In this document: positions 1-10,111 of the stretch, in pieces
How the letters are laid out: the number at the start of each line of letters is the position of its first letter
How positions within the stretch are numbered: the first letter of the stretch is position 1
NCBI GenBank assembly: GCA_000004985.1
Contig: GG738877.1
Length of the DNA: 64,000 nucleotides
Direction: 5' to 3' (one strand)
From: Naegleria gruberi
Taxonomy: Eukaryota
Program-made: the position numbers and the translations under genes
Notes under the pieces: model-generated
Told to the model about the DNA's origin: nothing
The model's database searches: none
Seen by the model: the letters and a program-made list of their open reading frames with translations, nothing else

Positions 1-983
1 CTCAAAAGAAGATTAAGAAATACATTATCAAACACTTCTTGAATGTCAAGATGGATATTTACACAGATGTTACAGCAGTACCACCAAATCCTCACATTCC
101 AAAGAATATTCCAAAAGAAAAATTGGAAGAACCCCAAATGGATATCAGAAAGTGGAAGGAGGCCAAAAAGTTTACCAAACAATTAGATAATCCATTTGAT
201 GTCAAGTTTGAACTTTTGGATTGGCCAAGTTTAGAAATTGCTAGACAATTGACAATCATTGAGGCAAAACTCTTCAAAAAGATTGAACCAAAAGAATTTT
301 TCGGCTCAGCTTGGACTGACAAAGAGTACAAGCAAGAACTTGCACCAACACTGTGTGCAATAACTGAGAGAACTAACAATGTTAGTTTCTGGGTTAGAAA
401 CAAGATACTTTTGGAGCCAAATTTGGAAATTAGAAAGAAAATTATGAAGAAATTTGTGGACATCCTTAGAGAGTTGAAAGAACTTCGAAACTATACCTCA
501 ATCATTCAAATCACATCTGCATTTAATTCTGCCGAGATTCACAGACTGAAAAAGACAAAAGAAGGACTCAGCAAGCAAGATTTGGAACTTGTTGAAGAAT
601 GCAGTAATTTGGTGAACAATAATTCCAAGGCATTGAGAGAACAATTGGAACGAGAAGTTATCATTAATGGTGCCCCAGCAGTTCCTGTTGTAGCAATCTA
701 CTTTACTGATTTGGTATTTATTGAAGATGGTAATTTAGATTATTTTGAGCACAAATTGAACAAGAACAAGAAGCTAATCAACTTCCAAAAGAGAAGACTC
801 TACTATAATACTGTCAATACTATCAAGACTCTTCAAACCAAATCCAAATACATTCTACAACCTCTTCCTTATCTTCACTATGTACTCAAGGAAGAAATTG
901 TGCAAAATATCAAGACAGATGAGAAGGCCCTCTTTGATTTATCTCTCAAAGTTGAACCAAGAGCTCCAGCTACTAACAAATAA
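1..983 (+). CDS. RasGEF (Cdc25-homology catalytic domain) protein, 3' portion; the gene begins upstream of the window
   Basis: The frame is open from nt 3. The ORF-track start at 39 is TTG, not ATG. The sequence carries the RasGEF signature LEIARQLTIIEAKLFKKIEPKEF...FWVRNKIL...AVPVVAIYFTDLVFIEDGN. Stop is TAA at 981-983. Confidence 0.75.
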   Translation, partial: QKKIKKYIIKHFLNVKMDIYTDVTAVPPNPHIPKNIPKEKLEEPQMDIRKWKEAKKFTKQLDNPFDVKFELLDWPSLEIARQLTIIEAKLFKKIEPKEFFGSAWTDKEYKQELAPTLCAITERTNNVSFWVRNKILLEPNLEIRKKIMKKFVDILRELKELRNYTSIIQITSAFNSAEIHRLKKTKEGLSKQDLELVEECSNLVNNNSKALREQLEREVIINGAPAVPVVAIYFTDLVFIEDGNLDYFEHKLNKNKKLINFQKRRLYYNTVNTIKTLQTKSKYILQPLPYLHYVLKEEIVQNIKTDEKALFDLSLKVEPRAPATNK

Positions 984-1198
984 ACATTTATTTATGGTTA
1001 CTGTTGGTTTCAAATTTGGAATCTTTGATGCCTTATTTTTGGGTTGAATTGTGCAGTTCACACACTTTTCGCTCTTTCCTCACTCGTAATAAGTTCTGTT
1101 TTTTCAAGTGGAGTTCGTTGATTCGTTGGTTGCATAAGCAATGCAATTGTATCATTATTCTATTTGATGCACATCACAAGCAACGAGTAGATAACTCC

Positions 1199-1672
1199 TC
1201 AGCAAACCTCTGATGGACTAAGGTAATTCTCATCATCACCATCCATGAAGTAACTATTCGATAATCTCTTATGTGAGGCAAATTGAATGAAAATTGTTGG
1301 AATTGATTTGTTGTGAATAACTGCTCCTTTTTTGATTATTTTACAACCATCATAAGGCTTAGATGATGATTTTGCTGATGAGCCTTCTGATGATGCCGAA
1401 GGATCCACATGGTTATCTATTATACACACCGAGTCAGAACTTTCAGATGAAACTATCGATTCGATGCAGTGTGCCTCATAATGATCGATCTTATTTTCTT
1501 GAGCACATGTGCTTGGGATGGTTTCAACAATTGTAGACTCACCTCTCGAGATTTTCCTTGTTATTCCAGAATGATGTTGCTCCTCTTCTTTTGTCTCACT
1601 AGTTTGTTGTTCTGGACAACATGCCATTATTTGATTCTCGTTCAATGGTTCCATACTCATGCATACTCCCAT
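1199..1672 (-). CDS. hypothetical Ser-rich acidic protein (157 aa)
   Basis: True ATG at 1672. The N-terminus MGVCMS fits an MGxxxS myristoylation-type start. No recognisable domain. Codon usage is similar to neighbouring genes. Confidence 0.4.
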   Translation of the reverse strand: MGVCMSMEPLNENQIMACCPEQQTSETKEEEQHHSGITRKISRGESTIVETIPSTCAQENKIDHYEAHCIESIVSSESSDSVCIIDNHVDPSASSEGSSAKSSSKPYDGCKIIKKGAVIHNKSIPTIFIQFASHKRLSNSYFMDGDDENYLSPSEVC

Positions 1673-2886
1673 TTTTTTTCTCTATTTTTTTTATGTTGCG
1701 AGTTTGGATCTGTGAATTGAGTAAAATAATAGTTCTTGATCCTCAAGAAACAGTATTGTTCACCATTTGTGACAAAAAAACACAACATACCAAAAACTGA
1801 CCAAAGATGCGAAAAGAAATTTTCATCTCGTATTCCTAAGTGGATTAAGGAGAGGTAATATTATTGTATGTATTTCACTATAACATGCCACCAGTATTAA
1901 ACAGCAACGTAATTTGAAATGTCAAGTAAAACCATAACTGATTCTTGCTCTTCCTATCCTTTCCCTCTTTTTCGGGCGAAATATCATTGGAGGAAGTAGT
2001 ATATCAAATTAAATTAAGAATCCCTTAATGAGGAAGGTATCATTTCTATCATCCATAAGAATCTTTAAGGAAAATAAAAGAGGATCGTTTTTCACAACTA
2101 CCACAAGCAGCTGAAGTTTATCATCTATTCACGCCTTATCCTTTTTAAAACCAACCTAGGTTCACTGTACATGATCCGTTCCAATTCAATTTTGCTGTTT
2201 TATTTAAAACAGAATTCAGCAAAAAATCAAGAAGCACTGCTAGAACGTGGTGCTTATCCTCAAAAGGCAAAGCAATAAAAAAAATCTTGTTACTATGTCT
2301 CTCGTACTGGTTTTGACTTCCTTCTTCACATATTTCCTTCTTAGGGCTGGTTTTTCAAAGATCTATTTAAGAGAAATCCATTGTAGTGTCTTGTCAACTT
2401 ACCAATCGCCTCCATATTAAGCCCTTTTTATGCCCTTAATGAAAACTCAAAGGTCCCAAAATGTCTTTTTGCTCGGCTTAATATAATTTGAACGAACCCA
2501 TTGTTTTTACTGCTCATACTTTTATGTACCTTACCGTGTCAGAATTAAGAAATAAAATGGAAATAACGAATCAACGAATTAACATTGATTTTTCTTAGGG
2601 CACACAAACCTATTCAGCTCTTAAAAAAAGAAGAGAATAATCTCGCTTCCCATATTTCCTTCTCCTTCTTATTTCCTTAAACCTTGTAAAACACAATTTT
2701 CAAAGCGAATTGTGTTTCTAACATTAGGAAGGTACTGAAATAAGAAAAATTAACTCTATTTTATCCACCTCACTATTAGACTCTCTCTCTTCTCTATAAC
2801 CAAAAATTCTTCATCAAGCACAAACTTGTTGCGAGAACACAAAAAAAGAACCAAAAGAAAAACAGCTCTAATGCTACACTGTGCGT

Positions 2887-4266
2887 ATGACATTAAATAT
2901 TTCACTCGTAGCTTCCTCGTCATCGTCGAATCCACTATATTCACACAAAATGACCAATTCTACAATGAATCATCATTCGGTTCTGATAACCTCCCCAAAA
3001 CACATTAAACCCTCACTAACTCACCAAACTTCATTCACTAACTCATCTCCCAAGCATTTGCACTCAAAATCAACAAATTGCTTGACCATTCCATCTTCAC
3101 CTTCTTCATTCAACCAACAAAGTCCTTCTAATAACAATGCTAACAAACCAACACTAGGTCTCTCACCCAGTAATGGAAGAAGAAGAAATAGTGGTCTCTT
3201 TTCAGAGAAAATTGAGGTTCCAATTCCATCGTTTAACATTTCACCTAGTCATGAAACAACACCAAATCATGCCCAAAAGCTTCGAACATTTTCATTTCAC
3301 TCCTCCACAACAACTTCCTCTCACCTCAATATACAGGAACCATCGTCCAGTACCAAACTTCCTTCACTAGCATCTCCAAAATCTCCCTCTACAACAAACC
3401 AATCCAATACCAAACATTCAGTGCTGAAGAGAAATAATTCAGCACATATTGTCCTTATGAGAGATCATTCTCCAGTTCAAGTGCCAAAAAGACAACAAGT
3501 TTTTGCCTCTCCTTCCCCTACTCCTTCTTCAACTTCCAATATTTCCCCAACCAATCAATACTCGAATCAACAATATATCACTAATAGTATTATGACAAAC
3601 AATACTACAAACAATGTACACAATCAATCCTTAATGCCCCAACAAGATCAATCATCATTTAGTATCAATAGAAAGGTACGATCTGCCTCTCATACTCCTT
3701 CAACAATGCCCCCTGTTATTATAACTAGTGAGTATAATAACGTTACGAGCACAATCTCAAAAGAATCTAAGGGAGTGTTAGGACCAATTGATCGTACCAA
3801 TATGAGAGTAACATTCAGGAAAAAGGCCGCTTCAAAAAAGGACCTCTTTCGTTCAGCAACCCCAAATCAGTCTCCAAAAAAGGAGAATGGATCTGTTTCT
3901 TTTGCTGACAAGTTTACCATTGCTGTAGAAACACAAAAACAAATTGAGGCTCTCACGGATTATGTAAAACTTGATAGTTACTCTTTTGGATTGCAGAACG
4001 AGGAATACAAATCAACGTCAAACTATGATCTCAAGTATGATGAGGAAATGTATAAGGCCTATGTTGATCAAAATCAAGATATGAAGACACTATTTGATGT
4101 ACATAATTTGGTGAGGGAGTATGTTTCTTCACGAGGTGTTTCATCAATTAAGAAAATTGCAATTAAGGATAGTAACAAACTTGTTCTAGATATCATAAGA
4201 CGATACAATCAGAAAACATTGAAAAAGAACAAATCAGAGCAAACTTTAAAATCTCTATTAAAGTAA
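2887..4266 (+). CDS. hypothetical S/T/N-rich low-complexity protein with a more structured C-terminal ~150 aa
   Basis: The first in-frame ATG is at 2887 (the ORF-track start 2881 is GTG). The reading frame stays open for 1.38 kb with no stops. TAA at 4264-4266. Confidence 0.5.
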   Translation: MTLNISLVASSSSSNPLYSHKMTNSTMNHHSVLITSPKHIKPSLTHQTSFTNSSPKHLHSKSTNCLTIPSSPSSFNQQSPSNNNANKPTLGLSPSNGRRRNSGLFSEKIEVPIPSFNISPSHETTPNHAQKLRTFSFHSSTTTSSHLNIQEPSSSTKLPSLASPKSPSTTNQSNTKHSVLKRNNSAHIVLMRDHSPVQVPKRQQVFASPSPTPSSTSNISPTNQYSNQQYITNSIMTNNTTNNVHNQSLMPQQDQSSFSINRKVRSASHTPSTMPPVIITSEYNNVTSTISKESKGVLGPIDRTNMRVTFRKKAASKKDLFRSATPNQSPKKENGSVSFADKFTIAVETQKQIEALTDYVKLDSYSFGLQNEEYKSTSNYDLKYDEEMYKAYVDQNQDMKTLFDVHNLVREYVSSRGVSSIKKIAIKDSNKLVLDIIRRYNQKTLKKNKSEQTLKSLLK

Positions 4267-4267
4267 A

Positions 4268-5911
4268 TTATTCTTTACTTGAGGTGAATTCCATTTTCTT
4301 CTTTTTGCTATCACGATAATCTTCAGCATTTAGAGAGCTACTTCCAGCGGCTGCCTTCATGAATCCTCTTTGTCCAATATGATCCAAATTTGATCTCTTT
4401 TTAGAATCTTTAAGAAACTTGGAGAAACCAAAAGGATCATCATCTGAAGGTTCTTCTCTAGCAGCTGGTGCTTTGGATGCTGAAACAGAAGATGCACCAT
4501 CCCTTTCAAATACCACAGGTCCTGCTTGTCTTCTTGATTTAGAGGACTCATCCTCAGTCTCGAACTTGTCTCTCATATTTACATTTTCATCCAATTCTTG
4601 GAACATTTTGATTCTGTCCATATTTGGATTATAGAGTTTGCCATTGTTTGATTCTCCGAATAATGCCTTATCATATACATTGTAGTCATCGTCATCAAAT
4701 GAATCTTTGAGTCCTGATGCACGATTGAGCAATCTGCTATCAATTTGAACCTCTCCTGAAGCGACACTCGATCTTTGTGGTTGGTTAAAGTTGACCTTTT
4801 CAGAGACGGATCTACCCTCCGTTAAACCTCCAGTTCTTCTGTCTTGATTTCTTACCCTAGCTCTGTCCTCTTTATCTTTAATGTCTTTGTGCATCTTTTT
4901 GGCACGATTTGCCAATTCTCTAGTTCTTTGTAATTCTCTTTCTTGTTCCATTTCGTTGAGTCTCATTTGCATTTCAGCTCTTTCCTTAATTTCCAATCTA
5001 GCATTATGTTCAGCCAAATATAATGAAGATGTAAAGTCACCAAATTTAGGATTAACTGTTGATTGTTGTAAATTTCTACCATCAGCAAGAATTCTTTTAT
5101 CCAATGGAATAATAAGACCTTTTCTGTTTGTGTAATTAGAAATACAAGGTGGAATGTCCCAATTATCCTGGTCAGTCTTTGTAAGATTTCTAGGTGGGGA
5201 ATGCATTACAGTTGGAGGAGGAGAAGGTGGCCCAGTTGGCATCTTTTTCATTCGGAATTTAGCTGGTTCTACTGGATCGGTAGGAGCCTCTTCAATTTGT
5301 ATATACTTGATATCATCATCAGTACCTCCTCTAGGTTTATATCTAAAGAATTGTCTCTTTTCTATTTGATTTTCTTTTGATGCAGCAACAGAACGACTAA
5401 CAGCATTTCCAATATGAGCAGCTGTAATTTTACCACCAACTCTTAGTTCGAGTGCTTTCTTAGTTTCGAGTAAATTATCCGAAGTTTCTTCAATTGTTGG
5501 TTTTGCCAATTCATCCTCTTCCACATCAGCGCCGATCATATCTGAAAATTTAGTAAATGTTAAAGCATCCTTTCTCTGTCCTTGAGTAATAATTTTATCA
5601 AAATTAACATTTCCATCCGCATCCACTTGAACAGAAACAACATTTCCTGATGCATTTTTGTATTCCGATTTTCTACCCATATTCATAGGGAATTGAGAAA
5701 CAAATATTTCTGGATAGGCTCCTCCATCAGCAAAATCATCCTCAGTTTGTGGTATCCAATTTGAGTGTTCTCTTTTTCCGTAGAGTGGAATTTTAACTTT
5801 ATCCTTTCCTCGTTTTTCCTTTTGTCTTTGATCGTCCTGATCCGATGATGAATTGTTGTTCAAACCTAATTCTTTATGTTTTGGTGGCGGAAGAACAGCA
5901 AAGAGAGACAT
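4268..5911 (-). CDS. SNW1: SNW/SKIP-domain splicing factor (SNW1/Prp45 homologue)
   Basis: Single exon of 547 aa with ATG at 5911. It shows SNW-domain hallmarks: the N-terminal LPPPKH motif, a central basic helical region RLNEMEQERELQRTRELANRAK, and a PTGPPSPPP proline tract. Its stop lies 1 nt from the stop of the convergent gene at 4266. Confidence 0.85.
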   Translation of the reverse strand: MSLFAVLPPPKHKELGLNNNSSSDQDDQRQKEKRGKDKVKIPLYGKREHSNWIPQTEDDFADGGAYPEIFVSQFPMNMGRKSEYKNASGNVVSVQVDADGNVNFDKIITQGQRKDALTFTKFSDMIGADVEEDELAKPTIEETSDNLLETKKALELRVGGKITAAHIGNAVSRSVAASKENQIEKRQFFRYKPRGGTDDDIKYIQIEEAPTDPVEPAKFRMKKMPTGPPSPPPTVMHSPPRNLTKTDQDNWDIPPCISNYTNRKGLIIPLDKRILADGRNLQQSTVNPKFGDFTSSLYLAEHNARLEIKERAEMQMRLNEMEQERELQRTRELANRAKKMHKDIKDKEDRARVRNQDRRTGGLTEGRSVSEKVNFNQPQRSSVASGEVQIDSRLLNRASGLKDSFDDDDYNVYDKALFGESNNGKLYNPNMDRIKMFQELDENVNMRDKFETEDESSKSRRQAGPVVFERDGASSVSASKAPAAREEPSDDDPFGFSKFLKDSKKRSNLDHIGQRGFMKAAAGSSSLNAEDYRDSKKKKMEFTSSKE

Positions 5912-5978
5912 TTTTTTTAAATTAAAGTTTGAAGGTGTTGCAATATTTCTCTTGTTCTTTTAAATATTATTAAAACAC

Positions 5979-6001
5979 ATTAGAATGAGCATCATTCTAA
6001 T
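5979..6001. promoter_or_regulatory. 10-bp inverted repeat with a 3-nt loop in the divergent promoter between SNW1 and the PEPCK-like gene
   Basis: The element reads attagaatga-gca-tcattctaat. Confidence 0.25.
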
Positions 6002-6351
6002 AAATAATACTCTCTTGGAGATATATCTGATTAATTTGTTTCATCATATTAACTTGGTTGATGATTGACTTGCTTGGAAAAATTTTATGCAAAAAATAAC
6101 GGAAAGGAAAATAAAGTTTTATTCAATTTCAAAATTATGCAACAATTGATTATTACACAATTAATATCATAAACAATTTCATCATCATTAAGTATCACTT
6201 TCAATGCAATTAATACTTTTATTGCAATTTACCTTCAGTGTGCCTCCGACAGGAATGAAGGCTAGAAGAAATGGTATTGTAAAAAAAAATATCAGCGAGG
6301 CTCGTCATCTTCTCTCACTCTACCGCTCCGCTTCAAGAAAATATTTATAAG

Positions 6352-7956
6352 ATGAAGACAAGAAATACCCAAAAACTTCTTCTCTCTGTTGTTGGTAACA
6401 ATGGAAAATGTTGTTATTCCACAACAAATAGTAATCTTTCATTGAATGCTCTTAGACAACATCTTTCGAACCAACAACAATCAATGGAAAAAGCTAAAGT
6501 CTCCTACAATGAAAAAGTTGTTAATAACGCTGTTAATTTATATGAAGATAGAAAAGGTGATGAAGCTAAACACAACTGGAGTCTTTCTAAAGGATTAATT
6601 TTCCCACAATATGATGCTTATCGTAACGCTGATAATGAAACTTTATTGAAAAAGTCTTTTGGACAAGTCGACAGTGAAAAACAATTCTTGAAAGTCAAGG
6701 AAATTGCCAGTACCGAGTATGATAAGTATGTTGCCCATGCCGACAAAACTACACCTCTTGTTACATATACTGCCAAGGATGAAAAGTTCCACAAGCGTTC
6801 ACAACGTGAAGTTGGCTGGTATTTGTCATATGCTCCAAACTCTTTCACTCAAGATGGTTGTTTTGGTTCTGCCAATCAAAACACTTGTCTTGTTAGAGTT
6901 GTTACTGATAATAGTGTTTCTGGCTTGTTTTTGAAGAATATGATCTTGCCAACTAGAAAATTGGATTCCTCTGTTTTCAAATATGATTCTCTCGTTCTTC
7001 ACACTCCAGGTTTCCAATTTGTTCCAACTCACGTTGTTCAAGAATTTGGTGGTCCACTTCCAAAAGATTTGGGTTTGACAAAGGAACAATTTGTTTTTGA
7101 AAATGATCAAACCAATTCATCAGTAGTCAGTGGTGTTTTTAATCAAAATGTATTGTTGGATAATCTGGCCTTCTTTGGTGCTAGAACCATTTTCACAAAG
7201 AGTGGAGGAGCTGCTATTGTTTTGCCATCTGATTCTTTCATCAATAGTGACAAGTCATCAACAACTTTAATTATTAATTCTAATAATATTACTCGTACAG
7301 CTTTGACTGCTAGTAATATTACATTATACGGAGCTCACTACAATGTTCTCTCTGAATTAGGATTGAGTAGAGGTGTTGGTGGTGTTTTGGTTGAAGTTGA
7401 CGTTAACTCTGAATTGGCCAAGTCTCTCAAGAAGGGTGATTTGGTTGAAGAATCTGCTGATGGAAAGACTGTCAAGATTTCCACCAAAGTTTCTTCTACT
7501 GTTTTACCAAATATTGCACACACTCCAAAGAATATTGTTTTTGTTGTTGAAGATGCCAACTTTATTGTTCCAGTCCTTGGTAAGGTGAAGAATGCTCAAC
7601 AATTCTTCCAATCTGGTTTGGTTTCTGTTGGTAAGGACGCTACTTTCAACAAGTCATTCACTACTTTCGGAGCTCAAAGAGCTTATGCTGATGCCAAACA
7701 AGTTGCTGAATCATTTGCTAAACTTAACAAGGCTGCTAATGTATACATTGTCAATGGATCGTATGATGCCACCAAGATTCAACAAGCTCTCTCTTTGATT
7801 TCATCCGGTGAAGCTGCCTCCCTCAAGGAAGATCTTTCAAACTCTCTCTTCTCCACTCTTTCTCACAAAAGTCTTGAAAATAAGGCTTGGAAGGATCAAT
7901 CCAAGTATGCTGCTGCTATTAAGCAACTCGAAGAAAACGTTTCCAAAAGTTTGTAA
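6352..7956 (+). CDS. PEPCK(ATP)-like protein, divergent and apparently lacking the catalytic P-loop
   Basis: ATG at 6352, 534 aa, single exon. Several blocks align from memory with ATP-dependent PEP carboxykinase: DGCFGSANQNTCLVRVVTDNS vs DAFCGANPDTRLSVRFITE, LFLKNMILP vs HFVKNMFIRP, and VYIVNGSYDA vs AYLVNTGWNG. The kinase-1a motif GLSGTGKTT, the IGDDEH motif and the FLSGFTAK motif are not recognisable. Confidence 0.55.
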   Translation: MKTRNTQKLLLSVVGNNGKCCYSTTNSNLSLNALRQHLSNQQQSMEKAKVSYNEKVVNNAVNLYEDRKGDEAKHNWSLSKGLIFPQYDAYRNADNETLLKKSFGQVDSEKQFLKVKEIASTEYDKYVAHADKTTPLVTYTAKDEKFHKRSQREVGWYLSYAPNSFTQDGCFGSANQNTCLVRVVTDNSVSGLFLKNMILPTRKLDSSVFKYDSLVLHTPGFQFVPTHVVQEFGGPLPKDLGLTKEQFVFENDQTNSSVVSGVFNQNVLLDNLAFFGARTIFTKSGGAAIVLPSDSFINSDKSSTTLIINSNNITRTALTASNITLYGAHYNVLSELGLSRGVGGVLVEVDVNSELAKSLKKGDLVEESADGKTVKISTKVSSTVLPNIAHTPKNIVFVVEDANFIVPVLGKVKNAQQFFQSGLVSVGKDATFNKSFTTFGAQRAYADAKQVAESFAKLNKAANVYIVNGSYDATKIQQALSLISSGEAASLKEDLSNSLFSTLSHKSLENKAWKDQSKYAAAIKQLEENVSKSL

Positions 7957-8094
7957 AGGGAATTTTAAAATATAATAAAAAGGGCCCAGACTATAGAATA
8001 TAAAGTTCTTCCCAACCAAATAAAAAAACAATAAATTAAAAAAATTAATTCAATCAAATTTAAAATCAAAAATGGAAAAATAACAATTTAAAAA

Positions 8095-8394
8095 ATGAGC
8101 AAATTACTTGCTGTTGTTGTCGGCGCAGCTATTGTTGTTAGTGCAGCTGGTGGATGGAAGAAATTGTTGAGTGCTAGAAATGTTCAAAATGCTGCCAAAC
8201 ATATTCGTGAAACAAAGGAAGTTTTCTTGTCCGAACTTAGCAATAAGCCAACCACCGGAGAAACATCATCTCAAACTACTCTCCCACCAAATTATACTTT
8301 TACAAATCCATCGGAGACACCTAAACCACAAGAAAATGTGTCACCTACTACAAATTCATCCACAACAACAACAACACCTGAGAAGAAGGAATAA
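8095..8394 (+). CDS. small hypothetical protein with an N-terminal hydrophobic segment (99 aa)
   Basis: ATG at 8095. AVVVGAAIVVSAAGG looks like a transmembrane or signal segment, followed by a T/S/P-rich tail. It sits between two well-supported genes. Support is weak. Confidence 0.3.
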   Translation: MSKLLAVVVGAAIVVSAAGGWKKLLSARNVQNAAKHIRETKEVFLSELSNKPTTGETSSQTTLPPNYTFTNPSETPKPQENVSPTTNSSTTTTTPEKKE

Positions 8395-8539
8395 TTTTAC
8401 TTTTTTTGTTGTTTTGCTTCCTGTTGCTGTTTAACGAGCATTTTCTGTTTCTTGTCTCGCTCCACCATTTTCAAATATTGATCAAATTCAAAACTATGAT
8501 TATTTGAGGATAATTGGAATAAATATTTTGGATTATTAC

Positions 8540-9940
8540 TTACTCTTTCTTGGATTTCATTTCATCAACAACCTCTTCAGCATATTCTGAGAAATTGAGA
8601 TCCATCACTTCCTTGTTTGAATCATCTTCGTTTCCTTCATCCACTTCAGCAAACATTGCTTGATAAGAGTCAAACCATTTTTCAATATCCTTATCACCAA
8701 ACATTTTCATGATTTTTTCCTTAATTCTCTTTGGCTTTTCACTTAATTGTAAACTCTTAGATTGTACAGGAGGGTTTCCAATATTCTTATAGCTATCCTT
8801 TCCACAAATTACTTTCAATGGTTTTACAGGATCTTTTAGATTAAAATCACTCGTTGACAATTTGCCTCCCAGAATGAAATAATTGATAAAGTTTCTGAAA
8901 GAGGAATCGTTATTTTCGTTAATTTTCATGTCATTGTAAATTCCCATAAACATTGGACTTGTTGAGAAGGTATGACACAAAAATCTAAATGTTTGATTGA
9001 GTTGCTTGAGTTGTAAACTGTTGAAATATTATTATTTACGACTGGATTGATTTTTCAACTTACGGATTGTACTTTTCAGAAGCCTTATCAAAAGACGTTC
9101 CCACAAAGATTGTTTGAATGCCATTGAATTTGATTTTCTCTCTTTTTAAAGTAGTAGATCAATAATCATAAAATCAATTCAAAATACCTACATGTCTTCA
9201 TGTTGTTCTCCGAATCTTTTCTTGGCTCTTGATATCATCTTATCAGGAATATCAGAACCTTTTTGTTTAAGTACACTGTATAAATCCTCAGTAATCTTTG
9301 AAAGAATGTATTGGAAATAAATAAAATCCTCAAATAATTGCATTGGTTTTGTCAAATCCAATACAATAACAGCAATCATTGTATGAATATTTTCAGCTGT
9401 CACTGTTTCTTTCAATAATTTTACAAGAGAACGTCCTCCGGCTAATTCCCAAATGTTTGCTACATAGGTTTTTAATCCTTCGTCCTTCTTACCGAAGGTA
9501 AATTCCAGAGCAGTACTCCTCTCTGGGCGGTCCTTAATATACTCTCTCTTTAAAATTCTATGTACAATACTACTCTTTCCGGATCGTTCTCCTCCGAGTA
9601 CAAAAACATTACTCTCCACTGGATCACTATTACTTGCAATTACATCCTTTTTAGTTTCTAGAATTACATCCCACAGTGTTTTAATGTTTCTTGAGGCTGT
9701 AGGATTTGATGATGGTGGACCTCCGGAGGATGATGTAGTAGAGCCACCTGAGGTTACAACAACACTTCTTCTTTGGGTAACAGCACTACTGGTTGGTCTT
9801 CCTACTGATGATCCTGGTCTTCTTGATGCAGAACCAGGTCTGTTTTGAGTCATTGAAGGTCTCATTGTTGGTTTTTGACCTCCAGCTGTAGATGAATTGG
9901 CGCCATTCACACCGGTTGGTGAGGTTGGAGATTCAGACAT
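8540..9940 (-). CDS. DYNC2LI1: cytoplasmic dynein 2 (IFT dynein) light intermediate chain, D2LIC/DYNC2LI1-like; 3 exons
   Basis: Exons are complement(9192..9940), complement(9064..9141) and complement(8540..9017). Introns are 50 nt (GTAGGT..AG) and 46 nt (GTAAGT..CAG), and phases are consistent. ATG at 9940 (MSESPTSPTG); the ORF-track start at 10039 is not ATG. P-loop-like NVFVLGGERSGKSS is present. ALEFTFGKK....NIWELAGGRSLVKLL matches D2LIC ALEYTYGRR....HFWELGGGTSLLDLI. FRFLCHTFSTSPMF matches LRFVAHYYGASLMF. Confidence 0.8.
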
Positions 9941-10111
9941 TTTTATTTGAGGTTTATTGAAAATTTTGTTCGTTGTGTTGGTTGTATTATTAAATGTTTT
10001 TGGCACAACTGTTTGTTTTACAAGCTGCTTTGTTATCAATCAAATCAGTAATGTTGTATGTGTGCCTTGCAAATATTGGAACAAGATAAATTAATCCTTT
10101 TGTTTTTTTAT

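Noticed and set aside
1673-2886. Search for a hidden gene in the 1.2-kb divergent spacer (for example the 41-codon ATG ORF at 2295)
   Set aside because: Only short ORFs with stops in all frames were found. No splice-consistent multi-exon model could be built. It is probably a promoter/UTR region, though a ncRNA cannot be excluded.
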